Numbered from the stretch's first letter, positions 49,601 to 58,553 are shown. The stretch is DNA of 64,000 bases from Candidatus Thorarchaeota archaeon (GCA_048882045.1 JBHLRZ010000011.1:26778-90777), one strand, 5' to 3'. Notes: generated by a model not told the origin, from the sequence alone. Made by a program: numbers and translations.

Positions 49601-51776
49601 CTACGTTGAGGCAAGGTCCATCACACGTGGGTGGATTCACAAGGAAACTGATGAAGAGGAAGAAGAATCGGTAACGATCACCCGAAGACCAGCTTTTACT
49701 TATTCATCTGAATCAACTCATATCGATACGATTGATACCAGACGAAGAGAAGTCCTACGGTTGTCATACGCTGCTGAGTTCCTCAGTAAGAGACCAACTT
49801 CCTACCGCTCTCTCTACAGAAAGATCGTTTCACTCTGTACCTATGACAACAACGAAACTACTGAGGAGAATCTACTGGGAATACTCACTCAAGTCAGAGA
49901 GGTCATTCTTCACCGAACTGAGACTCAGCGTCTCTGGACACTTCTCCTCAATGACAGGTTGAATCTTGGAAACCTACTGAACTCTGTTAACCTGAAGACA
50001 CTGCAACAAGCATTGGGTCATAATCCTGAACTCATGGATCTCTATGGGATGAATCTCTTTCTTGGAGTGCTTGATGTAGCAACTAGGGTCCTGAGAGATG
50101 CAGAGTCCCCTCATTGTAACGATCTATGGTCATCAGTTGCACGATGGCAGCTCTATCAGATTGGTTTTAGGCAGCAGGATGAGGGAGAATTCGAACACCG
50201 GTATGACTTTCAAGCAATCCACTCAAATCTCACATGGAGGGCGAAACAGATGAAGAAGACAACTTCGCGGATAACCACAAGATTTCCTGAGCAACACGGA
50301 CTATTGCTCTTTCAAGAGAAGAGTGATGGTGGCAGTATCTGGCTACTGTTTCCCTCAATCAAGAAGACTATATTTGGTGCGCTGTTGGAGGAGCAGATGA
50401 GTGCCATTCTTCGCTATGGGTGGCACAGAGGTGAGATAGATCCTCAAAAACTCTCGAAGAGTGCAAAAAGTGCCCTGTCAAGAGACGGGTGGATGGAATA
50501 TCCCATTGTTCTTGTTTCTGTGAACAAACAACACGTGCTCTACACAAAGGACGAGGAAGAATGGGTTCAGTCTGGTCTGTTGGAGTATGGAAATCCTCCA
50601 AAGGAGCAGAGTCAACCTGCACGTTGGATCAGACTGTCGCAACCGTCACCCGAAACTCTTGCAGTCTTGTATGGGTACAGGCCAGGTTCCTTTAACACTG
50701 AGGTCGAAATAGAGTGTGACGAAGTGTTAAAGGAGGCTGCTGAGTGGAGTGGTGTAGTAAGGGAGGTTTCGTGTTTTCTCACCATTGACCCTGAGAAGAA
50801 GGTTTACAGGATTGACCTGAATGAAGGCTCAAAGACCATAGCAAAGAAGGAAACTCAGTATACTGATGAAGCGATTAGATTCCTCAGATACCCCCAGAGA
50901 ATTGGAGAATACTTTTCGACTGCAGACGGTACATACCTCAAGTGGGATGCTCGGAAAGACATCGAGTATGATGAAGTGAAACTCAAGAACAGAGATGGGA
51001 AGTATGACTTCTATCACTTGTCAGTGTTCAAGCCACTCATCCACAGATACTCGTTCTTTTCAGACAGCTACAAGTTACCTTCGACCTGTGAGGACTTCTT
51101 GATGACCAAGGCTGGTGAGGACATAACTCTGAGAATAGTAGTGGATGAACAACGAAAGGACCGAGGTTACAAGAAGTATCTCAAGGTCCGGCTAGATGGA
51201 CTACAGGGAAGAGGACATCTGATTGGTCTTGAGATGGAGGACATGGGGATATTCGATGTGGCACTATTGGCAGAATCCGGACAACTTGTGGACTCGGATT
51301 CTGGGAAGAGGTGCGATGTCACGATTAATTCAAAGGCTCTTGTTAGTCTTAGAGTGGTTCATCTCCTCTCTGATTATCCACGAACTCAAAACTCAATAAT
51401 TGGGGATATAGAGGAACTTGAATCAGCTGAATTGGAAGAGTCAAAATTGACTGATGACGAACTGTTCGAAATCGATGATTCAACACCAGAACTTAGGTTT
51501 GTCAGAGTCCATGTGGAGGAATCTTTACGACAGAGATCTTTGGATGCGATTGCACATCTGTGCAATGTAGATGACGAAACTGACTTTGAGGAGGTGGTAG
51601 TAGTATCAGTATCATCTGAGATTGCAAAGAACCAATCGGTATCTTTTGACTTCATCGAGCATGAAGTCAAGCTCAATCTGAGAGGTCGTAGAGTAAGCAA
51701 TGTCACAATAGAATCCATCTTGAAAGAGGTAGAAGATGCGTTTGAAAACAAGGGAGTAGCAATTGATTATTACTAG
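46686..51776 (+). CDS. Giant uncharacterised protein with PD-(D/E)XK nuclease and P-loop-like regions
   Basis: E386..IDL(D399)..ELK(421-423), QIDAY; SPTSSGKS near 605; VVDG near 726. Confidence 0.7.
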   Translation: MSCLGRRTQEFRPNAVLATALYSGLSALVWLANRRKNRQTEEIFEKIRNKWKSIQVNKKMDGSSRPHDFSKVQKIESPLRKLNLRMLWLSTKRYGNKERKRVYSWKEGTIGELNSLLNYAGATLRDIVVPRYPFPTPQLYEIRKYPDGTKQVIPKDVADKVPAALGVKTHLKAGYRGNSKNPRVLLTHPTLPAMDFGDMLRAHLIELCRQCFIHCVPRTESHRYIRLLIHRLTPFLDWVYTRGKTGRKDFSPCADRELRKIVLEIRNNYSRHIRTRERISKPVEDVPQDFGIDALKEQVEAIQETSEDRNTKKKCKTILQHIEKRIVTHREVEKFLENIMSSVQLEGSNWHRVLLSGYPQPRSLKEAIFAGDYLLQNPSGFQYFAEVPVTGIQGSGKIDLVLFVRIRWRDSHIWAPIMILELKTKAGFDFNLFGKRPRTKKPNVFTPVLNAWKELLKTSEWGETLGSKPPTIHLDQIDAYENALLSEYHSIIGETIAFKQLWKGVVTLDVSQEYEDTKQMFDHIISDLANRIMKGEFNGRWKTLKFKDKPTEQIAPRVAITMTPAQGPVDVLKRVSPLENVLFEDPFADRVEDDTFFTQYISLSSPTSSGKSAAWFAKNWHLLNHLAELERALDTETSLTWIDLIGDFPTKKLIEKRFGLDNLKKNKLITNSEYAKLRSLLERVTFVSLREDIDRFLIDGKQSGIERARSAITAALESESENQITVVDGWSDLENMTPATHRNNLQVLELSLLQIVKDLMNEVIWTDTGVDLPQVSELYQRNSPSPFYYTSPRKQVIDEVLWNVPTAPQKMGWQTPEYEDSRVIIQDLPTEQDPWSTVIHVPHLKGLGRKFSKASVRSPIVKIERQTGDLNQHENMHGRSFRSSSIQVRSDTIDMTSLEEITKHAFILIPSLLRPRDGQPLSQVNEHSVDWSTTYHNVNVNSVHPSLSSRLHLDVDREPPHPNRIGIGHEGIYVEARSITRGWIHKETDEEEEESVTITRRPAFTYSSESTHIDTIDTRRREVLRLSYAAEFLSKRPTSYRSLYRKIVSLCTYDNNETTEENLLGILTQVREVILHRTETQRLWTLLLNDRLNLGNLLNSVNLKTLQQALGHNPELMDLYGMNLFLGVLDVATRVLRDAESPHCNDLWSSVARWQLYQIGFRQQDEGEFEHRYDFQAIHSNLTWRAKQMKKTTSRITTRFPEQHGLLLFQEKSDGGSIWLLFPSIKKTIFGALLEEQMSAILRYGWHRGEIDPQKLSKSAKSALSRDGWMEYPIVLVSVNKQHVLYTKDEEEWVQSGLLEYGNPPKEQSQPARWIRLSQPSPETLAVLYGYRPGSFNTEVEIECDEVLKEAAEWSGVVREVSCFLTIDPEKKVYRIDLNEGSKTIAKKETQYTDEAIRFLRYPQRIGEYFSTADGTYLKWDARKDIEYDEVKLKNRDGKYDFYHLSVFKPLIHRYSFFSDSYKLPSTCEDFLMTKAGEDITLRIVVDEQRKDRGYKKYLKVRLDGLQGRGHLIGLEMEDMGIFDVALLAESGQLVDSDSGKRCDVTINSKALVSLRVVHLLSDYPRTQNSIIGDIEELESAELEESKLTDDELFEIDDSTPELRFVRVHVEESLRQRSLDAIAHLCNVDDETDFEEVVVVSVSSEIAKNQSVSFDFIEHEVKLNLRGRRVSNVTIESILKEVEDAFENKGVAIDYY

Positions 51777-51792
51777 TTCATGAGTCAAAAAG

Positions 51793-51900
51793 TGGCGCCC
51801 CCGCCGGGATTCGAACCCGGGTCTCAAGAGTGACAGTCTTGAATGCTAATCCGGATACTGTAAAACATCTACAGTATTGACCGTACTACACTACAGGGGC
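51793..51900 (-). tRNA. tRNA-Asp(GTC), intact, with D-loop intron (51849-51878)
   Basis: CAAGA-CTGTCAC-TCTTG, CCGGG-TTCGAAT-CCCGG, G73, CCA; 30-nt hairpin insert in the D loop. Confidence 0.92.
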
Positions 51901-51995
51901 TGCGGTTCGGTTGGAGCAAAGTCGATTTTCTATTAAACTCATCGGTCGAGAACATATAACTACGGACGAGTTCTATTAGATATTGAGGAGTTATT

Positions 51996-52628
51996 GTGAA
52001 AGATGATGATTCACCTGATAATTGGATTCAGGTTAGATTATTCTACAATGCCTTTGAAAATGAGAAGATAAGAAAGCTAGATCAACGGGTTTTAGAAGTA
52101 GGTTCAGATCTAGAGAATGAAGAGCTTGCAGAAAGTTGGCACATTAGATTCTCCGGACCTTACATCTCATTACGTGTCAAAACTAAACCTAGAAATCGAG
52201 CAGAGGTTGAAAGCCGAATTGAAGCATTGAAAAAAGAATTGACTAACGAGAATCTAATCAGAGATTCTAAGATTGATTTGAAAGAATTTCTCCAAAGTAA
52301 TGAAGTCCCTTCCGATCTCGAATCATGGAAAGAATGGAACATCTTGATGGAGATTCTCAACTTATGTAGTCGAATCGTCAGGATGGTACATAAACTGGAG
52401 AAACACGAACGTAGATTGTATATGACACATAACAAAGTAATCCATCACTTCTATAACATGGCACATATTCAGGACACATTCATTCCCTTTCTAATGAAGT
52501 ATCCATATGACAGTATCATTGGCTTTCTGGAGGAGGGGGAGGGAGAGAAACTCACGAGGATTGTAAAAGACTTAGGTGCAGAAGAGAAACAATGGTATAT
52601 GAAATTACATTTTGGTCAGATGATTTAA
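51996..52628 (+). CDS. Hypothetical protein, weak resemblance to lantibiotic dehydratase C-terminal domain
   Basis: WIQVRLFY...WHIRFSGPYISLRV...IHHFYN. Confidence 0.45.
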   Translation: MKDDDSPDNWIQVRLFYNAFENEKIRKLDQRVLEVGSDLENEELAESWHIRFSGPYISLRVKTKPRNRAEVESRIEALKKELTNENLIRDSKIDLKEFLQSNEVPSDLESWKEWNILMEILNLCSRIVRMVHKLEKHERRLYMTHNKVIHHFYNMAHIQDTFIPFLMKYPYDSIIGFLEEGEGEKLTRIVKDLGAEEKQWYMKLHFGQMI

Positions 52629-52692
52629 TCATTCGCAAAATAAGGGGTGCTATGGAATCCAGAATCCATGGTTATTCGAAAAAGTAAGGATT

Positions 52693-52847
52693 TGACGGTC
52701 TAGCATTCAAGACTGTCAATCCAAAGTGGTTGGCACCTTGGAACGGATCTCTTGAGACTCTCTCATTCGTGAGAGAGCCAGAGAAAGACCCGGGTTCAAG
52801 AGGAATCATGAATTCCATGGTTTTTGGAAATCCCGGCGGGGGCGCCA
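52693..52847 (+). tRNA. 3' part of split tRNA-Asp(GTC) with three BHB introns (52719-52748, 52755-52785, 52801-52830)
   Basis: Removing the three inserts gives GACGGTCTAGCATTCAAGACTGTCACTCTTGAGACCCGGGTTCAAGTCCCGGCGGGGGCGCCA. Confidence 0.85.
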
Positions 52848-52958
52848 CTCTCTATTTTCCACTATTCTTCATTATTAAAATTCTGAGTTCCAAAAGGACC
52901 ATTAGGAAGGAGACCGTTTGTTTCGACCAAGTTTTGATTAATTGTGGAAAGGGTAGAG

Positions 52959-53780
52959 ATGAAAGAAAAAACAGGCTATTTACACGAAGGTACAGAAGAA
53001 GAAGTAGCGCGTCTTGAATTTCAGGCTGACGAGGATGAAGAACACCTTAGTGCTGAATTCGATATATTGCAAATTAACTCAGGGATGAAAGTTCTTGATG
53101 CTGGTTGTGGAACAGGTGCGGTTACAAGGCGAATTGCCAGAAGAGTCGCACCTTCTAAAGTAGTTGGGGTTGATCTTGATGAATTCTTCATTGAAAAGGC
53201 TAAGGAATTTGCAGCCAAAAAAGAGATCGAGAACATTCAGTTTGAGGTAGGTGATGTTGCAAATCTTCGATTCTCTGATTCCGTGTTTGATTTATCCTAC
53301 AGTAGACTTGTCTTGATGCATGTTCAAGATCCTGTCAAGGTTGTTTCCGAACTTCGACGTGTGACAAAAAGTGGAGGAATTGTAGGTGTGTCAGATACCG
53401 ATGATGATGCAATGCTAATCTATCCATCAATTCCGATTTCCACAGAGCTCAGAAGTAAATCTGTTGAATGGATGAAAACGAAGGGTGTCAATCGGTATAT
53501 AGGAAAAGAGCTATACGACATATTTCGGCTAGCTGGACTGAAATCGATTAGAATTATTCCATTTCCATTCATTATTACAAAAGAAAACCCAGAGGACTTG
53601 GAAGCATATGTTTCGAATCTAAAGCAGAGTTATGAACAGATAAAGGACCTATTAATTGAACAGGGCATTATCACTTCCAAAGAGAGCGATGAGGTCTACA
53701 AGGAGCTGGAAGAGTTTCTCGATCATCCGGGTAGGTTCCTAATGGTATGTATGTTTTTAGGAATTGGAGAAGTGCCATAG
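52959..53780 (+). CDS. Class I SAM-dependent methyltransferase
   Basis: VLDAGCGTG, VGVD, FDLSYSRLVLMH. Confidence 0.9.
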   Translation: MKEKTGYLHEGTEEEVARLEFQADEDEEHLSAEFDILQINSGMKVLDAGCGTGAVTRRIARRVAPSKVVGVDLDEFFIEKAKEFAAKKEIENIQFEVGDVANLRFSDSVFDLSYSRLVLMHVQDPVKVVSELRRVTKSGGIVGVSDTDDDAMLIYPSIPISTELRSKSVEWMKTKGVNRYIGKELYDIFRLAGLKSIRIIPFPFIITKENPEDLEAYVSNLKQSYEQIKDLLIEQGIITSKESDEVYKELEEFLDHPGRFLMVCMFLGIGEVP

Positions 53781-53785
53781 ATTCA

Positions 53786-53808
53786 CAAGTCCCAGCGGGG
53801 GCGCTACT
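53786..53808 (+). repeat. Degenerate intron-less copy of the tRNA-Asp 3' end (att-like)
   Basis: CAAGTCCCAGCGGGGGCGCTACT vs spliced CAAGTCCCGGCGGGGGCGCCACT, 21/23. Confidence 0.75.
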
Positions 53809-53814
53809 ACTTCT

Positions 53815-54675
53815 TTATTCATTCTCAGGTTCCAAACTGTCCCAGAAGCTCTTCGGAGGGTGTCGTAGGTTCCAATCTACCCGGGTGTCATGCAGAACAC
53901 GAGAGCAGTATGAATCTCCTTGTGCGATTGTGTGTTCCATAGTGAGAATTACACTGTCATGGTATACCTTGAAGTTTTCATAATCGCCATAACAACAGAC
54001 ATAATATTTTAGCTCGGTATCGGGCAGTTCATCTCCAATGGCAGTAAGAAAGACACAGTTGTCATTCCGAAAAGCATACTTACCATCCCCAATCATGGTA
54101 TGAACGATTTGCCAATCAGAGGGGGTTTCTTTAGGTTCAGTCCTCCTAGCAAAGAGGTCTTCAAGATTGTCTACTATTTTTCTATTCGGATCTCTGTTCT
54201 CCATTGAATACTGTGTGACGAATCTCTTGTATAATGCAATGGCTTCTTTTCTACCAATAGTTTCAGACAGGACTACCAGGTTGTTGTAGTTGTGGTGTGA
54301 CCAGGACTGGAAATATGCCCTGTTGACGACTTTGGTTTCTCCAAGACGATCCTCAGGCCGAAGTTGGAGAATCTGTACAATGTAGTTCAAAACAAGTCTG
54401 CTGAGTCTGGGATGCTCTTTCAGGTGGGGGGTATTGGATACGATGTCATCAAGGTCTGGGGGATTAGCCTTCGCTTGCTCATCATTCAGTAGATCTTGAT
54501 ATTTGGCGGTGAGATTGACTATATATTTAGGAAAAATCTCTGGAATTCGTTCTTTGACAAATCCAAGGAAATAGTCCATACGCCTGAATCGGTCTTGTAT
54601 TTCCTCAAGCGAATTGATCTCAACGATTCGCTCCATGGTTTCCGGTCTGTAGTTTCCAGTTCTCACAACCTTCAT
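53815..54675 (-). CDS. L-2-amino-thiazoline-4-carboxylate hydrolase-like protein
   Basis: C...CCYGD...HTIAQGDSYC pattern. Confidence 0.6.
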   Translation of the reverse strand: MKVVRTGNYRPETMERIVEINSLEEIQDRFRRMDYFLGFVKERIPEIFPKYIVNLTAKYQDLLNDEQAKANPPDLDDIVSNTPHLKEHPRLSRLVLNYIVQILQLRPEDRLGETKVVNRAYFQSWSHHNYNNLVVLSETIGRKEAIALYKRFVTQYSMENRDPNRKIVDNLEDLFARRTEPKETPSDWQIVHTMIGDGKYAFRNDNCVFLTAIGDELPDTELKYYVCCYGDYENFKVYHDSVILTMEHTIAQGDSYCSRVLHDTRVDWNLRHPPKSFWDSLEPENE

Positions 54676-54782
54676 TGTCAAATCACAAGACCCGATGAAG
54701 TCTGAGTTAATAAGAGTGTCAAACAACGCAGAAAACTCAGCTATCGTGACTAACATAAGGACAATCATCCAGAAAATAAACT

Positions 54783-55247
54783 ATGTTGACCGTCATTGAG
54801 ATGCTGATTAACCACAACAAAGTATGCAGAGAACCACTGTTTCGGACTCTGGAAAAAATCGATTCAAAAGAGTTCCTGAAACCGACAGGAGCAGGGAAAG
54901 GATCGATACGCGATATCTTGGTGCACATCATGAACGCAGAGAAGTTCTGGATATCGTATCTGAATGAAAAACAGTATGAGATGAGCAAGCCAGAGGGTTT
55001 TCATGATATTCAAAGCATCAGAAATGCATGGTCGAAGGTCGCTGCTGATACAGAGGAGTTTATCGCAAACATTTCAGAAGACCAGCTCCATCATGTCAGG
55101 AGTATTAGGTCGGGAGATCAGACCATCAGTTTTACTGTAGCCAAAGCTCTTCTTCATGTGACAACCCATGAAACCCATCATAGAGGTTTCTTAATAGGTC
55201 TGATAAGACAGAAGGGATTAGAACCTCCTGATGTCAATTTACTATAG
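54783..55247 (+). CDS. DinB-family protein
   Basis: SIRDILVHI..AE..W, HETHHRG. Confidence 0.88.
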   Translation: MLTVIEMLINHNKVCREPLFRTLEKIDSKEFLKPTGAGKGSIRDILVHIMNAEKFWISYLNEKQYEMSKPEGFHDIQSIRNAWSKVAADTEEFIANISEDQLHHVRSIRSGDQTISFTVAKALLHVTTHETHHRGFLIGLIRQKGLEPPDVNLL

Positions 55248-55263
55248 ACAGAGATGATGATAG

Positions 55264-56262
55264 ATGACCGAGTTTCTAGACATATGCTATGACGCAATAA
55301 AGATGCAGGAGATATCCATACCTCGAACAATCAAAGAAGTGGACGATTCATCGATTTCTGTTCTTGATGAAAAGAAACGGGTTGTGTTGGTTGGTTGTGG
55401 AGATTCCTATGCAGTAGCAGACTATGGTAGGTGGGCATTTCTTAACGCGGGAATTGATGCTCTGTTTATTTCTCCCGACGAATTGAAACACATCCATCTG
55501 GACAATGATTCAGTCGTGATTGGAATAACTGCATCAGGTAGAAGTCTTGCTACGATAGATGCGTTACAGGAGGCCAAGCGACTTAAAGCAACAGTTATTG
55601 TACTCACAGATAATGAAGATGGTACAGCATCGCAAGATGCAGATCATATCTGGGTGACCAAGTCAGGAATGAGTACCTACAACACTAGTCCATCTGCTCC
55701 TACAACTGCAGCAATGGTGTATCTTCTTGAGGTTTCATCAAGGTTTGGTGACTATGATTATTTGACTCGTGACATTAAACAGTTGCAGAGCATCGGAAAA
55801 GAGATGATTGCATGGGCTGAGATTGAAGGCAAGAAGATCTCGAATCTTGTAACTCCAAATATTCCAATCTATCTCGTTTCTGAAGGACCAAATCATGTTG
55901 CTGCACAGGTTGGAATGATGAAGTTCAACGAGTTCTCTGTTTTGAAGGGTTATGCAGCGATCAGAGAAGAGTTTCGTCACCATTACAACATCTCAATAAA
56001 TGATGGTGACAGTGCTGTATTGATAACAAACAGTCCTCCAGAAAAAACAGATAGGACCTACATGAAGGTGCTAGATGATGCGCTCAAAATGATGGCATAC
56101 CATCTATATTCCAAGGAGGATTTCAAGCTCAAACTTCCTCTTGTACAAGCGATTCCAAATATGATTGCACTCCAGATGGCATCATACCATACCGTCCTCA
56201 AATTCGATCCAGACAAAGAGTCGTTCAAACTGCCTCATGCAGAAGCATTCAAGATCTATTAA
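55264..56262 (+). CDS. SIS-domain sugar isomerase (GlmS/AgaS-like)
   Basis: GCGDS, ITASGRS, EEFRH. Confidence 0.85.
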   Translation: MTEFLDICYDAIKMQEISIPRTIKEVDDSSISVLDEKKRVVLVGCGDSYAVADYGRWAFLNAGIDALFISPDELKHIHLDNDSVVIGITASGRSLATIDALQEAKRLKATVIVLTDNEDGTASQDADHIWVTKSGMSTYNTSPSAPTTAAMVYLLEVSSRFGDYDYLTRDIKQLQSIGKEMIAWAEIEGKKISNLVTPNIPIYLVSEGPNHVAAQVGMMKFNEFSVLKGYAAIREEFRHHYNISINDGDSAVLITNSPPEKTDRTYMKVLDDALKMMAYHLYSKEDFKLKLPLVQAIPNMIALQMASYHTVLKFDPDKESFKLPHAEAFKIY

Positions 56263-56308
56263 TTGCTCTAGGGCAAAAGGTAACAAGGGGATTCTGTTAG
56301 AAAAAATT

Positions 56309-57271
56309 GTGACCAATGTGCTTGAGCTTCTAAATGACATTGAATCTGTGGGCAAACGAAAAGAGGCGGCTGATTTTATCAATGCTCATCCAGACGATTT
56401 TGTACTTCTGCTAGATTCTGTATTTGGTTCAAGTGAATTGGTAAACTACAAACATCAGTTATTGGACATCTCCGATCTTTTGAGACCAAAACTAGCTATA
56501 CTACTCATAGAGAGAGCAATTGCTGATGACGAATCTCAAATTCGAGTCAGAGGGTTACAAGCTGCCTACAGGACGAGAATAGATTCTCTCAATCCGCAGC
56601 TTGTCGTCATTCTTAGAGATGCAGAGGAAGAATTTGAGGTTAGAAAGTGGGTAGTTCACATTCTGGGAAGTACGGATCCAGCAGGCTATGGTAGAATCCT
56701 GAGAGAGCTTGCACGGAACAGCAGTGAAGAGGTAAGTCTGAGGAAGGAGGCTGTTTTTGCACTAACCAAGGTTACAGATGGAGAAACACTTGGAACGCTC
56801 TGTGTTCTGTTAGGAGATTCTAATTCGGAGATGAGGGAATCAGGTGCATGGGCACTGAGCAACATAGGTGCTCCAGAAACCATCAACTGTCTTCTCGCAG
56901 CACTTGAGGATATATCTGAGAAAGTGAGAGACTGGGCTATTCGGGGACTAAGAGATATGGATGATACTAGGGCGTTGCAAGGTCTAGCTGACGCAATGGT
57001 AATAGTACCATCGAAAGAACAGGTCAGAATGATACGACTAGTTGTAGAGAGAAAGTCCGAAATCATTTTCAGGGCTATAACAGAGCTATTAGGCTCCGAT
57101 GATGTAGAGGTGCTCCGAACCGCAGCCTGGGCAATAGGGGTTTCACCATATCCACCTGCTGTCGCGGCACTGAGAGAGCTTTTGAATCATGATGATGAAC
57201 AGGTACAGCACTATGTCAAGGTGGCATTGATCAGAAGTGGAGGAATAGATCCGACGGATATCCAGCTTTGA
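56309..57271 (+). CDS. HEAT-repeat protein
   Basis: Repeated LxD...VR..A..AL units; start uncertain. Confidence 0.8.
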   Translation: MTNVLELLNDIESVGKRKEAADFINAHPDDFVLLLDSVFGSSELVNYKHQLLDISDLLRPKLAILLIERAIADDESQIRVRGLQAAYRTRIDSLNPQLVVILRDAEEEFEVRKWVVHILGSTDPAGYGRILRELARNSSEEVSLRKEAVFALTKVTDGETLGTLCVLLGDSNSEMRESGAWALSNIGAPETINCLLAALEDISEKVRDWAIRGLRDMDDTRALQGLADAMVIVPSKEQVRMIRLVVERKSEIIFRAITELLGSDDVEVLRTAAWAIGVSPYPPAVAALRELLNHDDEQVQHYVKVALIRSGGIDPTDIQL

Positions 57272-57276
57272 GAAAG

Positions 57277-58032
57277 TTACATCATACCTTGATAGAGACC
57301 TCCATCCACCAGTATCAGTGCTCCATGAATGTAACTAGAAATAGGGCTAAGAAGGAAAGCACACACTGGTCCAAACTCCTCAGGTTTTCCCATCCTGCCC
57401 AGAGGAATTCTTGCATTGATACTCTCAACCGCTGATTCAGAAGCAGACATCAATTCCTCTACTCGTTCCGTATGTATATATCCTGGACAGACCGCATTCA
57501 CTCGGATATAGTCAGAAACTAGTTCTGATGCGAGTGTTCGCATCATCCCAATGACTGCGGGACGAATCGAGTTTGAGAGAAGTAGGTTGTTGATGGGCTG
57601 TTTCACCGAAATTGACGTACTGTAAAGAATGGAAGGGGAATCAGACATCTTCAGAAGATGTTTCGTTTCTCGTGTCAGCCAAACTGCACTCATCAGTGTG
57701 AGATCTATTGCTTTCCTCCAGTCATCATCGGTAAGATTTGAGAAAGTACCTGGTGGTGGTCCTCCGGCATTGACGAAAAGACCGTCTATATGCAGCATCT
57801 GTGAACCAATGTCCTTTACCAGACGCTTGATGTCGTCCTGTTTCGAAACATCTGTCACAAAGTATTGAGACTTCTCACCAAGTTCTGATGTTGCCTTCTT
57901 CAGTGATTCCTCATTTCGGCCACAGATTAACACTTCTGCTCCTTCATCGGCAAGTGTCTTAGCCACGCTGAATCCAAGTCCGCGAGAAGCTGCAGTCACC
58001 AAGAAGGTTCGGTCTATGAGATCGAGATCCAT
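57277..58032 (-). CDS. SDR-family oxidoreductase
   Basis: TAASRGLG, NAGGPP, VDGG. Confidence 0.9.
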   Translation of the reverse strand: MDLDLIDRTFLVTAASRGLGFSVAKTLADEGAEVLICGRNEESLKKATSELGEKSQYFVTDVSKQDDIKRLVKDIGSQMLHIDGLFVNAGGPPPGTFSNLTDDDWRKAIDLTLMSAVWLTRETKHLLKMSDSPSILYSTSISVKQPINNLLLSNSIRPAVIGMMRTLASELVSDYIRVNAVCPGYIHTERVEELMSASESAVESINARIPLGRMGKPEEFGPVCAFLLSPISSYIHGALILVDGGLYQGMM

Positions 58033-58089
58033 GATCTATTCAGTATTCAGTCTGGCTGATAAGAGATATGGCGTGACACGAAACCACTC

Positions 58090-58377
58090 TTACATAGATG
58101 CAGAAACTACAGGTTTCTCAGTTCTAGCTCCAAGAGTCACTTCTAGATGCAGAAATGCAGAACTGAGCCGTTGAAACTCTTTGGGAACCTTGACTTCGCC
58201 CATATCGAGGTTTGTCAATGCATTCTCAATCTTGCGTATTGTTAGTCTTCGACTATCACTAGAATTAAAAGCTATAAGCACGCGAGTATCTTCCAGATCA
58301 GGCATTTGATAGACTGATTGGCATTTGATACCCTTGTTTTCTAGAGCGTGCTTAATTTTGGCTTCTATTGCTTTCAT
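58090..58377 (-). CDS. Hypothetical protein
   Basis: 95-aa ATG ORF. Confidence 0.55.
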   Translation of the reverse strand: MKAIEAKIKHALENKGIKCQSVYQMPDLEDTRVLIAFNSSDSRRLTIRKIENALTNLDMGEVKVPKEFQRLSSAFLHLEVTLGARTEKPVVSASM

Positions 58378-58553
58378 TGCTCGAATACACCGAGAATTCG
58401 TCCGTACTGGCCTAGTTAAGCACCTGTATTAGTGGAGTATTACTCGCAAACAGCGCCAAACACATTCTCACTATTTCCGAGTAAACGGCTTATCATCTAA
58501 TTCTTGCTTTCATGCTTCGTTTCATAAACGACAGTGGGAAAGGTTGAACGAGC

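Larger units (their letters stand above)
44631..52692. mobile_element. About 8-kb TnpB-carrying element interrupting the D loop of tRNA-Asp
   Basis: Flanked by tRNA-Asp 5' and 3' parts; TGAC at both junctions; imperfect subterminal inverted repeats. Confidence 0.65.

Noticed and set aside
44617-52700. 8-kb canonical BHB intron in tRNA-Asp
   Set aside because: No register gives a full 4-bp central helix while keeping G15; only a relaxed motif is possible.
52730-53017. 95-aa ORF
   Set aside because: It overlaps the intron-containing tRNA-Asp part; spurious.
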